This document shows positions 12,265-25,724 of a stretch of 64,000 bases of DNA, piece by piece (within the stretch, counting starts at the first letter, position 1; each line of letters opens with the position of its first letter). Position numbers and translations under genes: made by a program. The stretch comes from Mobula hypostoma (lineage: Eukaryota). The notes beneath the pieces are model-generated. The model was not told where the DNA came from, did not search any database, and was given only the letters and a program-made list of their open reading frames with translations. Location of the stretch: positions 111,912,001-111,976,000 of the forward strand of contig NC_086097.1 in NCBI RefSeq assembly GCF_963921235.1, given 5' to 3'.

Positions 12265-13966
12265 TATGTAGATAGAAAGAATTTACATGGAGTTCAGGGT
12301 TTACCTTCAGGAGAAACTTTCCCCTTTATCACAAGCTGACATAACCTGCGAGTCACTCGAACTGGAACAATGGTCCCGATTCAAAGTGTCTTTTTATTAT
12401 GCTGTCTATTATCTTCTTTAACCTCATTTCCCTCTATCCTGCATGTGCCGTGATCACCTTAAATGTGGTAAGTCTTCTTCAGTCAATCTTCAGCATCTAT
12501 GTGCTATATGAGTCCTCAAACTTCAGTGCTTCATGTCTTATGCGAGCCACGTGCAGTTCCATCTTTATCTTGTGTACAATAGCAAGCTTCTATCCTGGAG
12601 CTTATGCGATAGTTGCTAAGTTAGTAGCTATGCGTGGGTTTCCTATAATTCACTTTAGCCTCCAACTTGTTACTTGGGTCAGAATTAACCAATTCTAGCT
12701 GCCCCTGTCTCCAAGATGAGAGATGAGGAGGAATTCTTTAGCCAGCAGGTGGTGAATCTATGGAATTCTTTGCCACACACAGCTGTGGTGGGCATGTTGT
12801 TGGGTATATTTAAGCCAGAAGTTTATAGGTTCTTGATTAGTAAGAGAGTGAAAGGATATAGGGAGAAGGCAGGAGAACTGTTTTGAGAGGGACAAATCAG
12901 GCAAAGTTCAAAGGAGAATAATGACCCCAATGTCTACAGTTGCTCTTCACATTTCATACCCTCATTCTTGGTACCATTCACTTACAAAAAAATTGAGTGC
13001 TATTGTTTTATTACTTTTTGCTTCTGCTGGAATTATCCTTCTGATACTGCATCTTCCAACACCCATCCTCCCACCCCCCCCCCCACTAACTGCCCCCGGC
13101 TAGGGGCTCCAGTTGTATTTCAAACTGGCAGAAAGACCAGTTTCTGTACAGCTCTGACGCTAAATTGCCTCTTGAGTTTCACTTTTCATGCCAAGAGTGT
13201 AAATGAATCTAGTTCTTCAACCCTCAAACTTTGGTTTGGCTGTATCTTTGATAAGCTGGCACTAGTTGCCCTGCAGTACCGTTTCCACAATCTCACTGAC
13301 TCTTATCATAAACTTTCTTTATTTTAACTTAATATTCAACTCTTTCAAAGGTTTGTTTGCTTTGCAATGCTGACTTTTTCTTGCAAAACCAATGATTTTG
13401 CTTGTTGAAGTATGCTTTATTCTAATAAATCTGTTTCATTAATAAATTCTTGGGGATTTTTTTTTAGCTACACTGATTTTTGAAGTTGAACCAGGCCACT
13501 CACAGTTTTGGTTTTATATTTTGACCAAAGGAAGGAGATTCCAATTAAATATTTGCTCTAACTGAACTGGTGAAGAACTCAGCAGGTCAAGCCAGAAAAT
13601 GCTCAGTAGGTCAGATCATCATCTGTGGAGAGATAAGCGGTTAACTTCTTGGATGATGAATTCTTTTATTAGAACTAGGTAAAAGATAAACAGAAACCTT
13701 ATTGGAGAGAGCAGTAGAATTTATTTGAGGGGAGATATGCCTGGTAGAGATATGACAGTGAATGAAACTGTAATTGAAAGGGAAATTATGAAAATATAAA
13801 GAGATTGCTAGAAGCACTTCAGTCAGGTGACACCAATGAAGAGAGGAATAGAATTAAGATCACCTACACGAGACGCACTAGGTGACTGATTGCTGGAAGA
13901 GGCACAGTCTTATGAGGGGATTTTAAACCGACTGGACATGTTGTACATTCTAAAACTAATTCTAAA

Positions 13967-15373
13967 ATTAGTTCCTGAGGATTGGAGGGTGGCTAATGTA
14001 ACCCCACTTTTTAAAAAAGGAGGGAGAGAGAAACCGGGGAATTATAGACTGGTTAGCCTAACGTCGGTGGTGGGGAAACTGCTGGAGTCAGTTATCAAAG
14101 ATGTGATAACAGCACATTTGGAAAGCGGTGAAATCATCGGACAAAGTCAGCATGGATTTGTGAAAGGAAAATCATGTCTGACGAATCTCATAGAATTTTT
14201 TGAGGATGTAACTAGTAGAGTGGATAGGGGAGAACCAGTGGATGTGGTATATTTGGATTTTCAAAAGGCTTTTGACAAGGTCCCACACAGGAGATTACTG
14301 TGCAAACTTAAAGCACACGGTATTGGGGGTAAGGTATTGATGTGGATAGAGAATTGGTTGGCAGACAGGAAGCAAAGAGTGGGAATAAATGGGACTTTTT
14401 CAGAATGACTTAGATGAGGGAATTAAATGCAGCATCTCAAAGTTTGCGGATGACACGAAGCTGGGCGGCAGTGTTAGCTGTGAGGAGGATGCTAAGAGGA
14501 TGCAGGGTGACTTGGATAGGTTAGGTGAGTGGGCAAATTCATGGCAGATGCAATTTAATGTGGATAAATGTGAGGTTATCCACTTTGGTGGCAAAAACAG
14601 GAAAACAGATTATTATCTGAATGGTGGCTGATTTGGAAAAGGGGAGGTGCAACGAGACCTGGGTGTCATTATACGCCAGTCATTGAAAGTGGGCATGCAG
14701 GTATAGCAGGCAGTGAAAAAGGCGAATGGTATGCTGGCATTCATAGCAAGAGGATTCGAGTACAGGAACAGGGAGATACTACTGCAGTTGTACAAGGCCT
14801 TGGTGAGACCACGCCTGGAGTATTGTGTGCAGTTTTGGTCCCCTAATCTGAGGAAAGACATTCTTGCCATAGAGGGAATACAAAGAAGGTTCACCGGATT
14901 GATTCCTGGGATGGCAGGACTTTTATATGGTGAAAGACCGGATCAACTAGGCTTATACTCACTGGAATTTAGAAGATTGAGGGGGGAATCTTATTGAAAT
15001 GTATAAAATCCTAAAAGGATTGGACAGGCTAGATGTAGGAAGATTGTTCCCGATGTTGGGGAAGTCCAGAACGAGGGGTCACAGCTTGAAGATAAAGGGG
15101 AAGCCTTTTAGGACCGAGATTAGGAAAAACTTCTTCACACAGGAGTGGTGAATCTGTGGAATTCTCTGCCACAGGAAACAGTTGAGGCCAGTTCATTGGC
15201 TATATTTAAGAGGGAGTTAGATATGGCCCTTGAGGCTAAAGGGAACAGGGGGTATGGAGAGAAGGCTGGTACAGGGTTCTGAGTTGGATGATCAGCCATG
15301 ATCATTCTGAATGGTGGTGCAGGCTCGAAGGGCCAAATGGCCTACTCCTGCACCTATTTTCTATGTTTCTATG
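13967..15373 (+). mobile_element. Young CR1 LINE copy 2, 5'-truncated, with an internal deletion
   Basis: RT domain near-identical to the other copies; the PQGSVLGP segment is missing at about 14407 (AATG microhomology); ends in TTCTATGTTTCTATGT. Confidence 0.95.
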
Positions 15374-15789
15374 TGAAACAAAAATGCAAAGCCATTTGAT
15401 CGAAAAGTACATGTTTCTTATGGGACTAGACAGAATTCATGCACAGATGATAGTTTTCCTGGCTAGATTATCTGGAGCTAGTGATTGGCCTCAAAAGAGG
15501 CTCAGCTTTTCAGGACTGATACAAGGTATCTTTTTTTCACTCGGAGGTAATAAAAGCCAAGAGGGTTGTGGCAGATCAGTCCATGATGTTGTTCATAATA
15601 GAGATTGTTGATTATCAAAACAAAACTGCAAATACTAGAATGTGAAACATAGAATTGAACAGCTGGAAGGTCCACTTGCATTTGTGGAAAAAGGAACCAG
15701 TTTGTGTTTCCGGTTAGAGACCCTTTTTAAGAACTTGGATTCTGAGAAAATTAGGTAATAAATAAATCAGAGATATAAAATCATAAGGC

Positions 15790-17212
15790 CATAAGATATA
15801 GAAGAAGAAGTAGGCGATTTGGCCCATCAAGTCTGTTCCACCATTCAATCATGGTCTGATCCAATTCTTCCAGTCATTGCCACTCCCCTACTTTTTCCCC
15901 ATACCCTTTGATGCCCTGGCTAATCAAGAACCTATCTATCTTTGCCTTAAATGCATGCAATGACTTGGCCTCCACAGCCACCTGTGGCAACAAATTCCAC
16001 AGATTTACCACCCTCTGACTGAAGTAATTTCTCCACATCTCTGTTCTAAATGGACATTCTAAACTTCTGAAGTCATACCTTCTTGTCCTAGACTCCCCTA
16101 TATCTAATCTGTTCAGGCCTTTTAACATTTGGAATGTTTCTATAAGATCTCCCCTCATTTTCCTGAACTCCAGGGGATACAGTCCAAGAGCTGCCAGACA
16201 TTCCTCATACGGTAACCCTTTCATTCCTGGAAACATTCTCGTGAATGCTCTCTGAACCCTCTTCAATGTCGGTATATCCTTTCTAAAATAAGGAGCCAAA
16301 ACGACACACAATACTCCAAGTGTGGTCTCACAAGTTTCTTATAGAGCCTCAACATCACATCCCTGCTCTTAACATCTATATCTCTAGAAATGAATGCTAA
16401 CATTGCATTTGCCTTCTTCACCACCGACTCAACCTGGAGGTTAACCTTTAGGGTATCCTGCACAAAGACTCCCAAGTCCCTTTGCATCTCTGCATTTTGA
16501 ATTTTCTCTCTATCCAAATAATAGTCTTCCCGTTTATTTCTTTCACCAAAGTGCATGACCATACACTTTCCAACATTGTATTTCATTTGCCACTCCTTTG
16601 CCCATTCCCCTAAACTATTTAAGTCTCTCTGCAGGCTCTCTGTTTCCCCAACACTACCCGCTCTTCCACCTATCTTTGTATAATCCACAAATTTAGCCAC
16701 AAATCCATTAACCCCATTGCCCAAATCATAATTCCATGGGCTCTTATCTTGCTAAGCCGCCTCATGTGCGGCACTTTGTTAAAGGCCTTCTGAAAACCCA
16801 AGTACACCACATCTACTGCATCTCCTTTGTCTACCCTGCTTGTAATTTCCTCAAAAAATTGCAGTAGGTTAGTCAGGCAGGATTTTCCTTTCAGGAAACC
16901 ATGTGGCTTTGGCCTATCTTGTCATGTGCCTCCAGGTACTCTGTAGTCTCATCCCTAACTATCTATTCCAACAACTTTCCAACCACTGATGTCAGGCTAA
17001 TAGGTCTATAGTTTCCTTTCTGCTGCCTCCCACCCTTTTTACGTATTCCACTAACATTTGCAATTTTCCAGTCATCCAGTACAATGCCAGAATCTATTGG
17101 TTCTTGAAAAATCATCATAAATGCCTCCACAATCTGTCCAGCTGCTTCCTTCAGAACCCAAGGGTGCATTCCATCAGGTCCATGAGATTTATCCACCCTC
17201 AGACCATTAAGC
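15790..17212 (-). mobile_element. Older CR1 subfamily fragment (RT and 3' UTR)
   Basis: ORFs 16963-17214, 16263-16724 and 15874-16311 give frameshifted CR1 RT (GNYRPISLTSVVGK, RPHLEYC). Confidence 0.9.
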
Positions 17213-17214
17213 AT

Positions 17215-19651
17215 TAAGATTCAAATTGATGGGTTCAGGTTACACCGCCAAGATAGGACTGCTAAGTCTTTTAAAGCCAAAGGCCGGGGGTGGGGAAGGT
17301 GCTTCATGATCAATTCCTCATGGTGCACAAACGTGGCGATACTGTCCCAGTCCTGTTCTCCAAACCTAGAACACCGGCCATCTTACTTCCCGCTGGAGAT
17401 TCAAGTAATAATTTTGGTAGCCGTGTACAATCCACCATAGGCCAATATCAAACAGGCTCTAGACAATCTGAACGATATGATCAACAGGCATGAAACAGCA
17501 CACCCTGATGTTTTCCCCGTCATTGTGGGGATTTTAACCAGGTCAGCTTGAAAAAGTATCTAAGTGATTATGATCAACGAACTTGTAGCAGTGCACTGGA
17601 TGACTGTTACACCACCATCAAGAGTGCTTACTGTGCTATTCCACACCCACACTTTGGAAAGTCTGATCACCTGGCTTTGCCCCTACTCCCTGACTATAGG
17701 CAGAGACTGAAGACTGCAGCCCCAGCAGTGAGGACCAAGTAGGTTTGGACAAGGGAGGTGAAGGAACACTTACAGGACTGCTTTAAGTCAGTGGACTGGA
17801 CGGTACACAGGGATTTGTCTTTGAGTTTGAATGTGTACACCACAGCAGTCACTGACTTCATTAAAACCTGTGTGGATGATTGTGTGACTACAAGAACATA
17901 CTGCACATACCCAAATCAAAAGTTGTGGATGAACCAGGAAGTTCGTAGTCTGCTGAGGGCTAGATCTATGGCATTTAAGCCTGGTGACCAGGTGTGTACA
18001 AGTAAACCAGGTACGACGAGGAGGGCTATTTCAAGAGCTAAGAAACAATTCCAAGTTGGTTGGAAGCAATATTGGATGCACATCAACTCTAGCAAGGTTT
18101 GCAGGCCATTACTTCTTACAAAGCAAAGCTCAACATCATGAATGGCAGGGTTGCTTCACTCCCAGATGAGCTCAACACCTTTTGTGCTCACTTTGAAAGA
18201 AAGAATAAAACTACAGCTATAAGGATCCCTGCTGCACCTGGTGACCCTGTGATCTCTGTCCTGGAGACTAACGTCAGGCTGTCTTTCAGGAGGGTGAATC
18301 CTCACAAGACTGTGGGCCTCAATGGAGAACCTGGTAAGGCTTTGAAAATTTGTGTCAACCAATTGGCAGAGTGCTCAAAGACATTTTCAATCTCTCACTG
18401 CTACAGTTGGAAATTCCCACCTGCTTCAAATGTTAACAATTATACCAGTGGCCAAGAAGAGCAGTGTGAGCATGTTAGCACTCATATCTATGGTGATGAA
18501 ATTATTTGAGAGCTTGGTCATGGCTAGAATCAAGGATCAGCAAGGACCTGTACCCATTGCAATTTGCCTTTAGTCACAATAGGTCTACAGTGGACGTGAT
18601 CTCCTTGGCTGTCCATGAGCCCTTAGATCACCTAGACAATACAAATACCTTTTGTCAGGATGCTGTTTATTGACTATAGCTCAGCATTTAACACCTTCAT
18701 TCCTACAGTCCTGATTGAAAAGCTACAGAACCTGGGCCTCTGTACCACCTTTTGCAACTGGATCCCTGACTTCCTAACGGGAAGACCACAATCTGTGCAG
18801 ATTAACATCTCCACCTTGCTGAAGATCAACTCTGGTGCACCTCAGGGCTATGTGCTTAGCCCACTGCTCTACCATTATTGGCAGAATCTCAGATGGTGAC
18901 GAGAGGGCTTATAGGAGTGAGATATACCAGCTAGTTGAGTGATGACACAGCAACAACTTTGCACTCAGCATCAATAAGACCAAAGAGCTGATTGTGGACT
19001 TCAGAGAGGGTAGGTCAAGGGAACTCACACCAATCCCTATGGAGGGAGCAGAAGTGGAGAGAGCGAGCAACCAAGTTCCTGGGTGTTAATATCCCTGAGA
19101 CCCTAACCTGGTCCCAGCATATTTACACAGCTATAAAGATTTGGAATATCACCTCAAACATTTGTAAATTTCTGCAGATGTGGAAAGCATTCTGCCTGAC
19201 AGTATCACTGTCTGGTATGGGGTGGAGGGCTACTGTACAGGATTGAAGTAAGCCGCAGAGAGTTGTAAACTTAGTCAGCTCCATCATGACTACTAGCCTC
19301 CATGGTAGCCAAGGCATCTTCAAGCAGAGGTGCCTCAGGAAGGTGGCATCCATCATTAAGGACCCTCACCACCCATACATGCCCTTTTCTAAATGATTCA
19401 GGAATAGCTTGTTCCCCTCTGCCATCTGATTTTTGAATGGATATTGAAACCATGAACACTACCTCACTACTTTTTTAAAAAATTTATGTTTTTGCACTAC
19501 TTATTTAATTTAACTATTTCATGTACATATTATATACCTACTGTAATTCAGTTTTTTCCTGTAGATCATGTATTGCATTGAACTGCTGCTGCAAAGTTAA
19601 CACATTTCACAACATTTGCCGGTGATGCTAAACCTGTTTCTGATTCTGATT
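17215..19651 (+). mobile_element. Rex1/Babar-type LINE, decayed ORF2
   Basis: PHFGKSDHL (endonuclease end), [12 protein letters not shown] and [13 protein letters not shown] (RT) across frameshifted ORFs; ends in TGATTCTGATT. Confidence 0.88.
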
Positions 19652-19672
19652 ACAGGAAGATACATTGCCTTT

Positions 19673-19891
19673 AGCCGGCTGGTGGTGTAGTGGCATCAGT
19701 GCCAGACTTCGGAGCGAAGGCTCCCGAGTTTGAATCCAGCCGGTTCCCTTCCACGCTTTCCATCCATGCTGGGTTGAGCGTCGAGCTAGCAACTCGGCCT
19801 CATAAAAATAAGAAAGCCTGCTAAAAAAAACGCCATCATGACGGTGTCCCGATGACTCCACTCAGAGTTAAGGGCTTTCTTCTTCTTCTTC
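19673..19891 (+). mobile_element. tRNA-derived SINE with (CTT)n tail
   Basis: A box TGGTGTAGTGG, B-box-like GAGTTTGAATCC, (CTT)n tail, perfect 12-bp TSD TACATTGCCTTT at 19661-19672 and 19892-19903. Confidence 0.88.
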
Positions 19892-20819
19892 TACATTGCC
19901 TTTGGGTCTGTCAAGTTGATATTGGCAGTAGTGACTTCACAGTTTAGCTGTATGAAATGAGGAAAGGAAATTTACTTTTGACATACAGTATATTCTGTCG
20001 ATGCAAGTTTTTCTTCAGACTTAAATAGTGTAAATCATAAATGAGCCAGCATAGTTTGGACATTATCCTCTGAGGTATCATTTTCAAGATAAGCAACATT
20101 CACTTACCGATGATTGTGGCAACATCTCTTCATGCGATCTGTATTGATAAGGAAGAAATTGAAGAGATCTCCTCGATGGTGAAATTTCAGTTCTAATTGC
20201 CATGTACCTATGTACAGCTGTAAATGTAACTGAAGGCTATTGTAATCATTTGTCTGATTTATAGGGATCGCAATATGAAATGGGGCAAAATTCACATGCA
20301 GCATCATAGCACTTTACAGCCTTCCTATTGGTTCTTGGTCTGTTCAGAAAGAGGGGGCCAGTGACTTGGAGCAGTTCAGAGTAAAAGAGAGATCTGGGGT
20401 AAAAGCACCATGTCCTCATCTAAAATAATCAAGGAACTTTCATCTTGCACATTGCAGATTGAAGGATGCTATTCAAACACAGTTATAAATATTAAGGAGA
20501 AAAATATGAAACCTAAACTGCCTCATCCTTCACCCTCTAAATATGCAAAGAGGCAGGACCCAAATTAAATGTCTACTCCCTCCCCTGCATCTCAGGGAAA
20601 ACAAAACGTAAAGAAGGGGGAGGTTGAAGTTAATGTAATAGAAACTGCACTGAAGAATTTCAGCTACAACTCTAATCCAAATGCTCCATCTAACGAATAA
20701 GATACAGGCATACCTAGTCCTGCCTTACCATCTGCCAAACCTCATATTTTTGGCAAAATTTGCCCTTGCTGTTTTAATACAGCAACAGTCATTATAACAA
20801 ATGGCCAAGGTTTGATTGG

Positions 20820-21520
20820 TGTAAATATAAATCTTGCACAGATTTGTAAAGTGAAAATGCTTTCAAAAGTAATGAAAAGTTTCTAAATATTAAAAAACTG
20901 TAGGAACAATAAACAGTAAAAAAACTAAATCAATATTTAGTGTGACTACCCTTTGCCTTTAAAATTGGCATGTAGTTCTATACCCTGATGGCATAAATAT
21001 TGATTTCTCCATCCAGTAAAAAAAATTCCCTCCCCCTCCCCTCATCCCCACTCTGGCCTCTTGCCTTTCTCACCTGCCTATCACCTCCCCCGGTGCCCCT
21101 CCTCCTTCCCTCTCTCCTATGGTCCAGTCTCTTGCCCTATCAGATTTCTTCATCTCCAGCCCTTTACCTTTCCCACCCACCTAGCTATCCTTCTTCCCCT
21201 CCTTCACCTTTTTATTCTGGTGTCTTCCCCCTTCATTTCCAGTCCTTAAGAAGGGTCTCTGCCCGAAATAACATCAATTGTTTCTTCATTTCCATGGATG
21301 CTGCCTAGCCTGCAGAGTTATTCCAGCTTTGTGTACCTGCAGAATTTCTTGTGTTTATAAGAAAATCAGTTGGTAGGTTCTTCCAAGCATCTTGGAGAAC
21401 TTCCCACAGTTCTTCTGCAGACTTTGGTTGTCTTGCTTGCTTCTGTCTCTCCAGGTAATCCTAGGCAGCCTTGATGATGATTAGATCATCAGGGCTCTGT
21501 GGAGGCCATACCATCTGAAA
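20820..21520 (-). mobile_element. Tc1-like transposon remnant, split by a Penelope-derived repeat (about 21000-21355)
   Basis: Minus-strand MVWPPQSPD...II near 21470-21515 resembles the Tc1 WPxxSPDLNxIE motif; boundaries approximate. Confidence 0.6.
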
Positions 21521-21560
21521 CCATAAAAAAAAATCTAGGGACCTAAGACTTTTGTGCAGT

Positions 21561-24500
21561 TGTGATAGGGGACTCGATAGTAAGGGGGTCAGATAGGTGA
21601 TCCTGTGGACGCAGTCCAGAGACCCGGATGGTAGTTTGCCTCCCTGGTGCCAGGCTCCGGGATATTTCTGATCTTGTTCAAGATATCCTGAAGTGGGAGG
21701 GTGAGGAGCCAGAGGTCGTGGTACATATAGGTACCAATGACATAGGTAGGAAAAGGGAAGAGGTCCTGAAAGGAGAATATAGGGAGCTAGGAAGGGAGTT
21801 GAGAAAAAGGACCGCAAAGGTAGTAATCTCGGGATTACTGCCTGTGCCACGCAACAGTGAGAGTAGGAATGCGATGAGGTGGAGGATAAATGCGTGTCTG
21901 AGGGATTGGAGCAGGGGGCAGGGATTCAAGTTTTTGGATCATTGGGACCTCTTTTGGCGCAGGCGTGACCTGTACAAAAAGGACGGGTTACACTTGAATC
22001 CTAGGGGGACCAATATCCTGGCAGGGAGATTAGCGAGGGCTTCTGAGGTGACTTTAAACTAGAATGGTTGGGGGGTGGGAATCAAATTAAAGAGGCTAGG
22101 TGAGAGGAGGTTAGTTCACAACAGGGGGATGGGAACCAGTGCAGAGAGACAGAGGGGTGTAAAGTGAGGGTAGAAGCAAAAAATAGTAAGGAGGAAAGTA
22201 AAAGTGGCAGGCCGACAAATCCAGGGCAAGCATCAAAAAGGGCCACTTTTCAACATAATTGTATAAGGGCTATGAGAGTTGTAAACGAGCGCCTGAAGGC
22301 TTTGTGTGTCAATGCAAGGAGCATTTGTAACAAGATGGATGAATTGAAAGTGCAGATTGTTATTAATGATTATGATATAGTTGGGATCACAGAGACATGG
22401 CTCCAGGGTGACCAAGGATGGGAACTCAACGTTCAGGGATATTCAATATTCAGGAGGGATAGACATGAAAGAAAAGGAGGTGGGGTGGCGTTGCTGGTTA
22501 AAGATGAGATTAACGCAAAAGAAAGGAAGGACATAAGCCGGGAAGATGTGGAATCGATATGGGTAGAGCTGCGTAACACTAAGGGGCAGAAAACGCTGGT
22601 GGGAGTTGTGTACAGGCCACCTAACAGTAGTAGTGAGGTCGGAGATGGTATTAAACAGGAAATTAGAAATGTGTGCAATAAAGGAACAGCAGTTATAATG
22701 GGTGACTTCAATCTACATGTAGATTGGGTGAACCAAATTGGTAAAGGTGCTGAGGAAGAGGATTTCTTGGAATGTATGCGGGATGGTTTTTGAACCAACA
22801 TGTCGAGGAACCAACTAGAAAGCAGGCTATTCTAGACTGGGTTTTGAGCAATGAGGAAGGGTTAATTAGCAATCTTGTCGTGAGAGGCCCCTTGGGTAAG
22901 AGTGACCATAATATGGTGGAATTCTTCATTAAGATGGAGAGTGACATAGTTAATTCAGAAACAAAGGTTCTGAACTTAAAGAGGGGTAACTTTGAAGGTA
23001 TGAGACATGAATTAGCTAAGATAGACTGGCAAATGACACTTAAAGGATTGACAGTGGATATGCAATGGCAAGCATTTAAGGATTGCATGGATGAACTACA
23101 ACAATTGTTCATCCCAGTTTGGCAAAAGAATAAATCAAGGAAGGTAGTGCACCCGTGGCTGACAAGAGAAATCAGGGATAGTATCAATTCCAAAGAAGTA
23201 GCATACAAATTAGCCAGAGAAAGTGGCTCACCTGAGGACTGGGAGAAATTCAGAGTTCAGCAGAGGAGGGCAAAGGGCTTAATTAGGAAGGGGAAAAATG
23301 ATTATGAGAGAAAACTGGTGGGGAACATAAAAACGGACTGTAAAAGCTTTTATAGATATGTAAAAAGGAAAAGACTGGTAAAGACAAATGTAGGTCCCCT
23401 ACAGACAGAAACAGGTGAATTGATTATGAGGAGCAAGGACATGGCAGACCAATTGAATAATTACTTTGGTTCTGTCTTCACTAAGGAGGACATAAATAAT
23501 CTTCCAGAAATAGTAAGGGACAGAGGGTCCAGTGAGATGGAGGAACTGAGGGAAATACATGTTAGTAGGGAAGTGGTGTTGGGTAAATTGAAGGGATTGA
23601 AGGCAGATAAATCCCCAGGGCCAGATGGTCTGCATCCCAGAGTGCTTAAGGAAGTAGCCCAAGGAATAGTAGATGCATTAGTGATAATTTTTCAAAACTC
23701 GTTAGATTCTGGACTGGTTCCTGAGGATTGGAGGGTGGCTAATGTACCCCACTTTTTAAAAAAGGAGGGAGAGAGAAACCGGGGAATTATAGACCGGTTA
23801 GCCTAACGTCGGTGGTGGGGAAACTGCTGGAGTCAGTTATCAAAGATGTGATAACAGCACATTTGGAAAGCGATGAATTCATCGGACAAAGTCAGCGTGG
23901 ATTTGTGAAAGGAAAATCATGTCTGACGAACCTCAGAATTTTTTGAGGATGTAACTAGTAGAGTGGATAGGGGAGAACCAGTGGATGTGGTATATTTGGA
24001 TTTTCAAAAGGCTTTTGACAAGGTCCCACACAGGAGATTAGTGTGCAAACTTAAAGCACACGGTATTGGGGGTAAGGTATTGATGTGGATAGAGAATTGG
24101 TTAGCAGACAGGAAGCAAAGAGTGGGAATAAACGGGACCTTTTCAGAATGGCAGGCACTGACTAGTGGGGTACCGCAAGGCTCAGTGCTAGGACCCCAGT
24201 TGTTTACAATATATATTACTGACTTGGATGAGGGAATTAAATGCAGCATTTCCAAGTTTGCGGATGACACGAAGCTGGGCGGCAGTGTTAGCTGTGAGGA
24301 GGATGCTAAGAGGATGCATGGTGACTTGGATAGGTTGGGTGAGTGGGCAAATTCATGGCAGATGCAATTTAATGTGGATAAATGTGAAGTTATCCACTTT
24401 GGTGGCAAAAACAGGAAAACAGATTATTATCTGAATGGTGGCCGATTAGGAAAAGGGGAGGTGCAACGAGACCTGGGTGTCATTATACACCAGTCATTGA

Positions 24501-25197
24501 AAGTGGGCATGCAGGTACAGCAGGCGGTGAAAAAGGCGAATGCTATGCTGGCATTTATAGCGAGAGGATTTGAGTACAGGAGCAGTGAGGTACTACTACA
24601 GTTGTACAAGGCCTTGGTGAGACCACACCTGAAGTATTGTGTGCAGTTTTGGTCCCCTTACCTGAGGAAAGACATCCTTGCCATAGAGGGAGTACAAAGA
24701 AGGTTCACCAGATTAATACCTGGGATGGCAGGACTTTCATATGAAGAAAGACTGGATGAACTGGGCTTGTACTCGCTGGAATTTAGAAGATTGAGGGGGG
24801 ATCTGATTGAAACGTATAATATCCTAAAGGGATTGGACAGGCTAGATGCAGGAAGATTGTTCCCAATGTTGGGGAAGTCCAGAACGAGGGGTCACAGTTT
24901 GAGGATAAAGGGGAAGCCTTTTAGGACTGAGATTAGGAAAAACTTCTTCACACAGAGAGTGGTGAATCTGTGGAATTCTCTGCCACAGGAAACAGTTGAG
25001 GCCCGTTTATTGGCTATATTTAAGAGGGAGTTAGATATGGCCCTTGTGGCTACGGGGGTCAGGGGGTATGGAGGGAAGGCTGGTGCAGGGTTCTGAGTTG
25101 GATGATCAGCCATGATCATAATAAATGGCGGTGCAGGCTCGAAAGGCCGAATGGCCTACTCCTGCACCTATTTTCTATGTTTCTATGTTTCTATGTA
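21561..25197 (+). mobile_element. Young CR1 LINE copy 3 (partial ORF1 esterase-like domain; frameshifted ORF2)
   Basis: ORF1 with VIGDS / HIGTNDIG / DGLHLN (SGNH-type), then endonuclease and RT split by frameshifts at about 22790, 23750 and 23935; (TTTCTATG)n tail. Confidence 0.96.
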
Positions 25198-25724
25198 TGG
25201 ATAGAGAACATCCCCACTTCAGAGTGGGCAATTAAAATGACATATAGATTTTCAACTTGTAATACTCAAGTTCTATATGGTAATTTGTGCAATGATTCAA
25301 GGGTGTTCCAAACCACAAAATATACAAAGGTACAGTATATGAGCTGTTGAGACACCTGATACAAGGGCAAGTGCAACAGTTAGTTAACATGAAGAAAATC
25401 CCATGAACAATTGGTGTTAATTCTTGGTATTTGGCATTTCCTCATCTCTGGTTAATTAATCATGGCAACATATAGCAAAACATAAATAACGATCTGACAT
25501 GTGGCAGCTAATATTTATACCTTACAATTACCAGGCAATAACTATCATCAACAAAAGTAGGTCAAGTATTTATTTGTAATGTTCAAGAGCAGCACTATCA
25601 TTAAGTTTTCAACCATGAGCATCCTGTCGTCAGGGTGGGTGTTGTCATGAAACAGAAATGGGGTTGAATTATTGTTATGGCAGGATAGAGATTAAATGCT
25701 TAATAATGAGGAACTCCTCCAAGA

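Noticed and set aside
12300..12710. Non-obvious sequence with a hydrophobic 99-aa ORF (12399-12698)
   Set aside because: No recognisable homology or clear splice context; the opposite strand has stops. Probably a decayed repeat, but unresolved without a search.
19673..19750. Possible tRNA gene
   Set aside because: It is the head of a SINE with TSD and tail; no convincing cloverleaf.
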